The notes below the pieces were generated by a model, which ran no database searches, was not told where the DNA came from, and saw nothing but the letters and a program-made list of their open reading frames with translations. This document shows, one piece after another, positions 56,659 to 64,000 of a DNA stretch of 64,000 bases. A program made the translations under genes and the position numbers. This stretch comes from Bacilli bacterium (lineage in GTDB: Bacteria; Bacillota_I; Bacilli_A; RFN20; UBA1709), in assembly GCA_050949315.1 (NCBI GenBank), contig JBMNFL010000001.1, positions 864,001 to 928,000 of the forward strand, in the 5' to 3' direction. Every line of letters starts with the position of its first letter. The first letter of the stretch is position 1.

Positions 56659-58295
56659 ACATTATGGAAACAACTACCACCGATAAACTCTCTTAATAAA
56701 GAGTTACAGGGCACAAGTTCATCCTCAATATCGCCAAATAACTTGAGATACTTAATTAAGGCGTTGGCATCAATATAATATTCGCTATCCTTACTTATGC
56801 TTTGAAGTAGAGGTAAGGCGTGTTTTTTGAGTACGCACAATTCGTAGACGAGATCGGAGTTAAAGACAAAGTCAACACCTTCTTGGTTGTCGTAAATCCA
56901 GCGGAACTCCCCTCTACGCACCGAGTTCCAGATAGCGATTGTTCTTTCGGCTGTAAAACCGCGGAAGCTATGATCGCGAACTAAACGTCTTAACTGTCTT
57001 AGTTGAGTGCTGCTGATGGGGGAGTGATTATCGATATTCAATTGAGAGTGCGGAGCGATATAGATTTTAAATTTTTGCATCCGGGGGATAGAAACAGTTA
57101 AAGCATCGTTTAAGGCGTGGATGCCTTCAATGATAATAGGTTGACCTTCGGAGATTTTCATCTTTTTGCCGATTTCTCTTTTCCCTGTTACAAAATTAAA
57201 ACTTGGAGTCTCAACTTCTTCACCGTTGATTAAAGCTACGAGATGTTGGTTAAAAAGATCAACATCAATGGTGTTGATATGTTCATAGTCAAAACTACCA
57301 TCTTCATCTGGGACGAGTGAAGCGCGATCGACATAATAATCATCAATTGATAGTTTTACCGGTTTAATACCTTTGATCATCAACTGAATGCGCAAGCGGT
57401 TGGAAAAAGTGGTTTTGCCACTAGAAGAAGGGCCGGCGATAGCAATGATTTTAATCCGATCAATATTGCGCGAGATACGATCGGCTAGAATAGACAAACT
57501 GGTGTTGTGTAAAGCCTCGCACATATTGACGAAATCAATCTTTTCGCTGTTATTGAGATTGGAATTAATTTCAGCAATGTTTTCGGCATGACATCTGAAA
57601 GCCCATTTGCTGGCTCTTTTTAAAGTTTCGCCATAAGTGGGTTCATCGACAAAGGGCGGTATTTCTCCATTTAGTTCAGCACGGGGATACTGCAAGACTA
57701 TCCCTGGAGAATAAAGCCTTAATTTATAGTTACCTAGATAACCAGTAGAGGGAACCATGTAACTATAAAGATAATTGATATATGAGGCACATTGATAGAG
57801 GTGCACGGTTTTCTCGGGTCGATATTGCAAGATATCGATTTTGTCATACATTTTATTTTTCTCATAGATTATTCTAGCTTCTTCATTGCTTACTACCTTG
57901 CGAGTAATGGGGAGATCTAAAGAGACTAAACGTTGCATCTCTAAATCGATTTCTCTTAACATGGAAGAATTGAAACGGGTATCAGTTTCAAGAATGCGGC
58001 AAAAAATAGAACGTGAAATATGATAAGAAAATTTAATATGTAAATCAGGATAGAGATAATTGGCCGCCATGGCAAAAAGATAGCGCAGGGAACTTTCATA
58101 AATGCGCATGGCATCATCATCATTCATACGGACAAATTCGATGGTGGCATCATAATAGACTTCAAAAGTTAACTCCCGCATCCGATTGTTAACTTTGCAG
58201 GCGATAATACTATAATCGCGGGGTTGTATTAAATCTAAAACTCGGACTTTCTTTTCAAAAGTTTTTTCTTCTCCATTGAGCTTAATTGTAAACAT
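56655..58295 (-). CDS. Nucleoside (uridine) kinase with ThrRS-like N-terminal domains
   Basis: AGPSSSGKTT, IEGIHAL, RRLVRD. Confidence 0.88.
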   Translation of the reverse strand: MFTIKLNGEEKTFEKKVRVLDLIQPRDYSIIACKVNNRMRELTFEVYYDATIEFVRMNDDDAMRIYESSLRYLFAMAANYLYPDLHIKFSYHISRSIFCRILETDTRFNSSMLREIDLEMQRLVSLDLPITRKVVSNEEARIIYEKNKMYDKIDILQYRPEKTVHLYQCASYINYLYSYMVPSTGYLGNYKLRLYSPGIVLQYPRAELNGEIPPFVDEPTYGETLKRASKWAFRCHAENIAEINSNLNNSEKIDFVNMCEALHNTSLSILADRISRNIDRIKIIAIAGPSSSGKTTFSNRLRIQLMIKGIKPVKLSIDDYYVDRASLVPDEDGSFDYEHINTIDVDLFNQHLVALINGEEVETPSFNFVTGKREIGKKMKISEGQPIIIEGIHALNDALTVSIPRMQKFKIYIAPHSQLNIDNHSPISSTQLRQLRRLVRDHSFRGFTAERTIAIWNSVRRGEFRWIYDNQEGVDFVFNSDLVYELCVLKKHALPLLQSISKDSEYYIDANALIKYLKLFGDIEDELVPCNSLLREFIGGSCFHNV

Positions 58296-58413
58296 TTTAT
58301 CATTCCTTTTCATTCGGCATTTATTTTATAATAGATGGAATAAAAAGGCAACATTTTAAAATTGTTTTCAAGCTTCCACAATTTCTAGTATAATCTAGAC
58401 CAGGAGTGATCAA

Positions 58414-59055
58414 ATGAACTACGATTACATTTTATGGGATTGGAATGGCACAATTATCGATGATCGCCAGTTGTGTTTAGATATTCTTAACTACATGCTT
58501 GTAGAACATGGTGTAAAGCCGGTGACCATGGCTCAGTATCAAAACTTTTTTGGTTTCCCAGTCATTGATTACTACCGTAAAGCCGGTTTTGATTTTAGCC
58601 GTTATAGTTATGACAGTCTAGCCCAGGAGTTTATTGAGCTCTACCAAAAGCGCAGTTTGAAAGTTGGACTGGTAAAAGACAGTTTAGAAACGATAAAAGA
58701 ACTTCATAAGCGAGGCTATAAGCAAATTGTTTTCTCAGCTTCCGAAATCAACAATCTCAATGAACAAATTGATAGTTATCAATTACGGGGTTATTTTAAA
58801 GAGGCTCTTGGTATTTCCAATATTCATGCTAAAAGTAAATTAGACTTGGGTCTTAATTGGTTAGATGGCCTTAAAAATAAAAAACCTCGTTTATTAATGA
58901 TTGGGGATTCCATTCATGATTACGAGGTTGCACAGGCCCTAGGGGCTGATTGTGTTTTGATTAGTATGGGCTCGCATCAAAGCACTAAGCGCCTAGAAGA
59001 AACAGGAGCTCAAGTTTTTACTTCTGCTAAGCAAGTATTGACTTTTTTAATTTAA
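58414..59055 (+). CDS. HAD-family phosphatase
   Basis: WDWNGTIID and MIGDSIHD. Confidence 0.9.
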   Translation: MNYDYILWDWNGTIIDDRQLCLDILNYMLVEHGVKPVTMAQYQNFFGFPVIDYYRKAGFDFSRYSYDSLAQEFIELYQKRSLKVGLVKDSLETIKELHKRGYKQIVFSASEINNLNEQIDSYQLRGYFKEALGISNIHAKSKLDLGLNWLDGLKNKKPRLLMIGDSIHDYEVAQALGADCVLISMGSHQSTKRLEETGAQVFTSAKQVLTFLI

Positions 59056-60077
59056 AATTTTAAAAATTCAATCGTTCCCTTACCATCCCGATAACAAATG
59101 CGGGAATAGCTACCATTGACTAGGGTAATACTGGGTGGAACGTGACCGACATCAACATCATAGAGAACGGGAACGCCCAAATCTTTTAATTGTCGAGTCA
59201 AAGCCTCTTCATATGAAAAGTCATAAAGAGCCTCTCTTTGCAAGGGGCGACCTATAACAAGACCTTTACAGTATTTAAACCAGCCGGCATTTTTAAGTTG
59301 CCATAAAGCGCGACAGGTATCAAGTACTGAAAGATCATAAGTTTCAAGGAACCAGATAATGCCTTCATCTTTGTAACGTTCAACAAAATCAGCGACTTTG
59401 TCATATTTAGTGCCAATTAGAGTTAATAAAACATCAAGACAGCCGCCGATTAAGCGCCCTTCAAGGCTAATGGAGCGTTTTTTATCTAAGCTTTTCCATT
59501 CACTTTTTTGATCCGCGTTGATGGAGTCAAGAAAATGTCCGCTTTGTTGGCGTAAATCCTCGCTTTGATAATAGTCAAAACTATGTTGTAAGCGAATCTT
59601 GCCAGTAATAAAATCATAGGTTTGCTTAACAAAGTCATCCCATTTAAGGCAACCAAATTCTGGGAAGTGTGGGCCATAAAAAGCCGGAATGTCGGCGAGT
59701 ACTGGTAGTAGAAAAGAAAGGTTGGTATTATCGGAGTAGCCTAAAAGGAATTTAGGATGAGGCGCTTTTTTGATAACTTCAAAGTCCAAGTAATCGAGAA
59801 TTTCATTCATGAGTTCGCCACCAGATACTGAAAAAATAAAATCAATGTCTTCGTCCAGCCAAGCCCGCATAAAATCATCGGCTCGTTCTTTAGGTGGTGC
59901 ACTTTCTACGCGCATTGAACGAAAGGCTAGTGGTGAAACTTGGATGTTATAGCCAAGTTGTTCAAAGTGTTTAATCGCCTGTTCTAGACGACTTTTGTAA
60001 GGCTCGTCTTGACAGCCAAAAGATGGAGCAATAAGGGCAATTTTAGATTTTGGTTTTAAAAAAGAAAGTTTACGCAT
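59052..60077 (-). CDS. S66 peptidase (LD-carboxypeptidase/MccF family)
   Basis: IAPS, GYSDNT, GGCL, DVGHVPP. Confidence 0.9.
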   Translation of the reverse strand: MRKLSFLKPKSKIALIAPSFGCQDEPYKSRLEQAIKHFEQLGYNIQVSPLAFRSMRVESAPPKERADDFMRAWLDEDIDFIFSVSGGELMNEILDYLDFEVIKKAPHPKFLLGYSDNTNLSFLLPVLADIPAFYGPHFPEFGCLKWDDFVKQTYDFITGKIRLQHSFDYYQSEDLRQQSGHFLDSINADQKSEWKSLDKKRSISLEGRLIGGCLDVLLTLIGTKYDKVADFVERYKDEGIIWFLETYDLSVLDTCRALWQLKNAGWFKYCKGLVIGRPLQREALYDFSYEEALTRQLKDLGVPVLYDVDVGHVPPSITLVNGSYSRICYRDGKGTIEFLKF

Positions 60078-60147
60078 AATATCACCTCATTATAATCATA
60101 ACAAAAAAGGCCAAAGAAAAACACCGGAGAGCGGTGTTATTTGTTTC

Positions 60148-60223
60148 TGGTGGGAGCTAAGGGGATCGAACCCATGACCTTCTGTACGTCAAACAGATGC
60201 TCTCCCAGCTGAGCTAAACTCCC
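60148..60223 (-). tRNA. tRNA-Val(GAC)
   Basis: GGGAGTTTAGCTCAGCTGGGAGAGC..TCTGT-TTGACGT-ACAGA..GGTTCGATCCC..ACCA cloverleaf. Confidence 0.95.
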
Positions 60224-60231
60224 AGAAAAAG

Positions 60232-60307
60232 TGGAGCCGGCTACCGGATTCGAACCAGCGACCCACTGATTACGATTCAGTAGCTCTACCAACTGAGCTA
60301 AGCCGGC
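60232..60307 (-). tRNA. tRNA-Thr(CGT)
   Basis: GCCGGCTTAGCTCAGTTGGTAGAGC..ACTGA-ATCGTAA-TCAGT..GGTTCGAATCC..TCCA cloverleaf. Confidence 0.95.
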
Positions 60308-60482
60308 CTGTAAAAGCATAGTCATTCTATCTAATTTTTTGACAAAATGCAAGTGCTTTTTAGGATTGCCAAAACCAGAAATTGAAAAAGTATAGGTATT
60401 TTTGCTAAAAACTGCTTTTTCATATTCACAATTGCCACGATTTTTGCTAAGATATAAATAGCACGAGAGCGGGGGTAAAAGA

Positions 60483-61235
60483 ATGCTTCTTAGTTGGTTT
60501 TCCGAAGCTATTGAGAGAATAAACTATCCAGATTTAATAGTTTCTTTTGTCATGATTTTAATCCTAAGTTTCTTCTGTTTTAAGAATACAAACAACAGAA
60601 AAGTTTTTGCTTTGTTGCTGGTTATTTATGTATTAATGGTCATAGTTGCCATCTTAGATTATGGTATATCTTACACGGTTTTGGAGGTCGCTTTAATCAT
60701 CGCGGCGGCCAGTTATGTTTCCTTGTCTTTCTCAGATCTTGGCCCTTTCTTCAGTCGCAAACCTAGGCGTAAAAAAGTTGAACCTCTTCCGGAGGAGACA
60801 ATAGAGCAACTTATTGAAATTATCAATGAAACTGTCATGCTCTTATCAGAAACGAAAACAGGAGCAATTATTACCTTTGAAAAAAATGAAGACCTTAGTG
60901 AATATATAAACATGGGTGACGCAGTTGATGCCCCAGTAACCTCAGAATTACTAAGAACCATCTTTTATGAAGGGACTCCACTTCATGATGGAGCGGTTAT
61001 CATAAGGGATGGTAAGATAGCGGCGGCCTCAGTTTATTATACGCCAACAACTAGACCACTAAACGGGAAGTATGGTGCTCGGCATCGAGCCGCCATCGGC
61101 TTTAGTGAAGTTCATCGTTCAATCACAGTGGTTGTCAGCGAGGAAACGGGGCGAATTTCCTTTGCTGTAGAAGGCGAATTGATTTCTGTCTCACGGGACA
61201 GTTTTAAAAGACGGCTGATTGAGTACTTAAGCTAA
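60483..61235 (+). CDS. dacA: Diadenylate cyclase CdaA/DacA
   Basis: Three N-terminal TMs, PLHDGA, GARHRAA, VVSEETG. Confidence 0.92.
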   Translation: MLLSWFSEAIERINYPDLIVSFVMILILSFFCFKNTNNRKVFALLLVIYVLMVIVAILDYGISYTVLEVALIIAAASYVSLSFSDLGPFFSRKPRRKKVEPLPEETIEQLIEIINETVMLLSETKTGAIITFEKNEDLSEYINMGDAVDAPVTSELLRTIFYEGTPLHDGAVIIRDGKIAAASVYYTPTTRPLNGKYGARHRAAIGFSEVHRSITVVVSEETGRISFAVEGELISVSRDSFKRRLIEYLS

Positions 61236-61258
61236 GAAGGGAGCACGCCCTTCTTTTT
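61234..61258 (+). terminator. Intrinsic terminator
   Basis: AAGAAGGG-AGCACG-CCCTTCTTTTT. Confidence 0.7.
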
Positions 61259-61308
61259 GATATTTTGAAGATTTGCTAAGATTATGAAAAATAAAAGGAG
61301 GTAATAAA

Positions 61309-62814
61309 ATGGCAAAATACACTGAAAAAACATCACACACTTTTAATGAGTATCTTCTTATTCCAGGTTATTCTTCTGAAGAATGTATACCCGCGAATGT
61401 TTCTTTAAGAACACCTCTGGTGCGTTTTAAAAAAGGAAAAGAACCAGCATTACACTTGAATGTTCCTTTAGTCTCAGCCATTATGCAGGCGGTTTCTGAT
61501 GATCGTTTAGCCGCAGCTTTAGCTAAAGAGGGTGGCATATCTTTTATTTATGCTTCCCAGTCAATAGAGGATGAGGCTGCTATGATTAGACGTGTTAAAA
61601 AACATAAGGCTGGTTTTGTTCGCAGCGACTCAAATATCCGTCCTGACCAAAGTTTAAAGGATGTTCTCGCTTTAAAAGCTAGAACGGGTCATTCCACTAT
61701 TGCTGTTACGGATGATGGTAGTCCAGACGGTGTTTTGCTCGGTTTAATTACTGATCGTGATTATCGTTTAACTCGTACTAGTCCCGAAGCTAAAGTTTCA
61801 AGTTTTATGACGCCTTTTGAGCGCTTGATTTGTGGTCGTGAAGGCATTTCTCTAAGTGCAGCGATAGACCTTATTTGGGAGAAAAAGTTAAATACTTTAC
61901 CAATTGTTGATGAGAATAATCGTCTTTGTAATATGGTCTTCCGTAAAGATTATGAAGCTCATAAAGCTCACCCCAATGAGCTTTTAGATAGCAACAAGCG
62001 TTTTCTAGTTGGCGCGGGTATTAATACTCGGGATTATGAGGAGCGTGTTCCAGCCTTGCTTGAGGCGGGGGCTGACATACTTTGTATCGATTCTTCTGAT
62101 GGTTTTTCCTTTTGGCAGGAAAAGACAATTAAATGGATTAGAAAAAAATATGGCAATAAAGTTAAGGTTGGCGCCGGCAATATTATCGATAGAAAAGGCT
62201 TCCGTTTTCTAGCCGATTGCGGTGCTGATTTTGTCAAGGTTGGTATCGGCGGCGGCTCAATTTGTATAACTAGAGAAACTAAAGGAATTGGTCGGGGGCA
62301 AGCTACGGCATTGATAGATGTTTGTGCCGAAAGAGATCTTTATTTCCAAGAGACGGGTATTTATATTCCTGTTTGTTCAGATGGCGGCATTGTTCACGAT
62401 CATCACATTACTCTAGCATTAGCCATGGGGGCCGACTTTGTTATGCTCGGTCGTTATTTTGCCCGTTTTGATGAGTCACCATCGCGGAAGATCAGTATGG
62501 GTGGTCGTTATTATAAGGAGTATTGGGGCGAGGGTTCAGCAAGGGCGAGAAACTGGCAACGCTACGATTTAGGTGGCGATCAAAAACTCTCTTTTGAAGA
62601 GGGTGTCGATTCTTATGTTCCCTATGCTGGAAGTCTTAAATACAACGTGGGATTAACTCTTGCTAAGGTTAAATCTACGATGTGCAACTGTGGCGCTTTA
62701 AGTATTCCTGAATTACAAGAAAAAGCAGTTCTCACTCTTGTTTCCGCTACTAGTATTGTGGAGGGTGGGGCCCATGATGTTGTGTGTAAAGAAGATATTA
62801 GCAAAACAGAATAA
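61309..62814 (+). CDS. guaB: IMP dehydrogenase
   Basis: CBS pair, [10 protein letters not shown] catalytic Cys, SDGG. Confidence 0.94.
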   Translation: MAKYTEKTSHTFNEYLLIPGYSSEECIPANVSLRTPLVRFKKGKEPALHLNVPLVSAIMQAVSDDRLAAALAKEGGISFIYASQSIEDEAAMIRRVKKHKAGFVRSDSNIRPDQSLKDVLALKARTGHSTIAVTDDGSPDGVLLGLITDRDYRLTRTSPEAKVSSFMTPFERLICGREGISLSAAIDLIWEKKLNTLPIVDENNRLCNMVFRKDYEAHKAHPNELLDSNKRFLVGAGINTRDYEERVPALLEAGADILCIDSSDGFSFWQEKTIKWIRKKYGNKVKVGAGNIIDRKGFRFLADCGADFVKVGIGGGSICITRETKGIGRGQATALIDVCAERDLYFQETGIYIPVCSDGGIVHDHHITLALAMGADFVMLGRYFARFDESPSRKISMGGRYYKEYWGEGSARARNWQRYDLGGDQKLSFEEGVDSYVPYAGSLKYNVGLTLAKVKSTMCNCGALSIPELQEKAVLTLVSATSIVEGGAHDVVCKEDISKTE

Positions 62815-62826
62815 GGGGTTTAGAGA

Positions 62827-63804
62827 ATGTATAGCAAACGTCCTTTGGACTTAGTAAGAATTGTTAATGAAGAACAGGCGCAGGCTTTCCTAACTACGCA
62901 AAGCGAGATTTTAAAAAAGCAGATAGGCGAACAAAAAGTTTTACTAGCCTTATCGGGTGGTGTTGATTCGGCGGTAGTGGCGGTATGGCTTTCAAAAATT
63001 ATTAAACAAAATCTGATTTGCATTCATGTTAATAATGGCCTTCTACGGCAAGGCGAGAGCGAAGGTGTAGTAGAACTTTTTAAGGACGAATTAAAAATAA
63101 ATTTGCTGTCTGTTGATGCTAGCCAGCGTTTCTTAAAGTTATTAGAAGGAGTTTCTGATCCCGAAGAGAAACGTAAAATTATTGGGGAGACTTTTATTAA
63201 AGTTTTTCAGGAAGAAAGTAGTAAATTAAAAAACATTAACTTCTTAGCTCAAGGGACAATTTATCCCGATATTTTAGAAAGCGCGAACGTTAAGGCTCAT
63301 CACAATGTTGGCGGCTTACCAGAAGAGCTTGGTTTTCAACTGATTGAACCTTTAAAGTTTTTGTATAAAGATGAGGTTCGTCTGTTAGGCAAGGTTTTAG
63401 GCTTGCCAGACTCTTTGATTCATCGGCAACCCTTTCCTGGACCTGGTCTTGCAGTTCGCTGCTTAGGCGAGATTACACCTGAACGTTTAGAGATTGTTAG
63501 GAAATCCGATGCTATTTTGCGAGAAGAAATCGCTAACTATAAAATAGATACCAAAATTTGGCAATACTTTACAGTTGTTCCTAATTTCAAATCAACGGGT
63601 GTTGTTGATGGTCAAAGAAGTTATGCCTATCCTGTAATCATTCGAGCGGTCAATAGTGTTGATGCTATGAGTGCGGAAGTCTACGAGTTACCTTATGAAC
63701 TCCTTCATAAATTGACCGAACGGATTACTAAGGAAGTAAAAAACGTCAACCGCGTTCTTTATGACTTAACTCCTAAACCTGTAGGAACGATTGAATGGGA
63801 GTAG
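62827..63804 (+). CDS. guaA: GMP synthase, ATP-pyrophosphatase and C-terminal domains only
   Basis: SGGVDS, AQGTIYPD, HHNVGGL, FPGPGLAVR, KPVGTIEWE; no GATase domain. Confidence 0.88.
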   Translation: MYSKRPLDLVRIVNEEQAQAFLTTQSEILKKQIGEQKVLLALSGGVDSAVVAVWLSKIIKQNLICIHVNNGLLRQGESEGVVELFKDELKINLLSVDASQRFLKLLEGVSDPEEKRKIIGETFIKVFQEESSKLKNINFLAQGTIYPDILESANVKAHHNVGGLPEELGFQLIEPLKFLYKDEVRLLGKVLGLPDSLIHRQPFPGPGLAVRCLGEITPERLEIVRKSDAILREEIANYKIDTKIWQYFTVVPNFKSTGVVDGQRSYAYPVIIRAVNSVDAMSAEVYELPYELLHKLTERITKEVKNVNRVLYDLTPKPVGTIEWE

Positions 63805-63896
63805 TAATAACACGAGGAATATAAAAATAGAAGAATATTTCAAACTCCATTACATGTGATATAGGGATTTGGCTTAACATTCAATAAATTAAAACA

Positions 63897-63927
63897 AAAA
63901 AGGTGGTCGAAAGTTTGACCACCTTTT
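63897..63927. terminator. Bidirectional terminator
   Basis: AAAAAGGTGGTC..GACCACCTTTT. Confidence 0.75.
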
Positions 63928-63947
63928 AAACTTTAACAAGCTGGAGT

Positions 63948-64000
63948 TTATTTATCGTCATCCATAATATGTTTAGACAATTCTTTTTGTTCATCAACGA
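63948..64000 (-). CDS. 3' end of a convergent gene (partial)
   Basis: Open frame ..VDEQKELSKHIMDDDK* pointing at the terminator. Confidence 0.35.
   Translation of the reverse strand, partial: VDEQKELSKHIMDDDK

Noticed and set aside
60268-60280. A32 in the tRNA-Thr(CGT) anticodon loop
   Set aside because: Atypical, but a single base in an otherwise canonical tRNA; no evidence of recoding
60148-60307. tRNAs as the prophage attB
   Set aside because: 25 kb from the phage end, no duplicated 3' tRNA fragment, and the element uses serine recombinases
60137-60352. 71-aa ORF on the minus strand
   Set aside because: Overlaps two tRNA genes; spurious
35687-64000. Mycoplasma-type genetic code 4 in the AT-rich host
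   Set aside because: Host ORFs are full length under the standard code, Trp is TGG, and whiA ends in TGA overlapping the next start

Overview
The window has two parts. 1-~35,686 is most of an integrated Firmicutes siphovirus-like prophage, visibly GC-richer than the host; its left end lies outside the window. It carries an ABC-three-component (Lamassu-like) cassette, a sigma-like regulator, an SNF2 helicase split by an HNH gene, PolA, a primase/helicase fused in frame to a DNA methylase (apparent internal deletion, no small terminase), HK97-type head and tail genes, two holin-like genes but no endolysin, and tandem large serine recombinases. ~35,687-64,000 is AT-rich host chromosome of a low-GC Firmicute (taxon not determinable). 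The prophage appears inserted at the signal-peptide/mature junction of a SipW-type secreted protein gene. That gene heads a locus with a c-di-GMP-I (GEMM, A20 variant) riboswitch, two SipW peptidases, a membrane-anchored McrB-like AAA+ protein, a nuclease-less DUF2357 protein and two GGDEF/EAL proteins. Housekeeping genes follow (csp, ychF, uppP, folT with THF riboswitch, ung, thiT with TPP riboswitch, patB, yebC, whiA, prfA, prmC, tRNA-Val, tRNA-Thr, dacA, guaB, GATase-less guaA). The best candidates for new biology are (i) the HNH plus 4-nt GGT-TAG-C interruption of the helicase Walker A, reminiscent of the T4 mobA/gene 60 bypass cassette, and (ii) the cyclic-dinucleotide-linked SipW/McrB-like/DUF2357 locus that the prophage interrupts. 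All family assignments come from motif recognition by eye; no searches were run.
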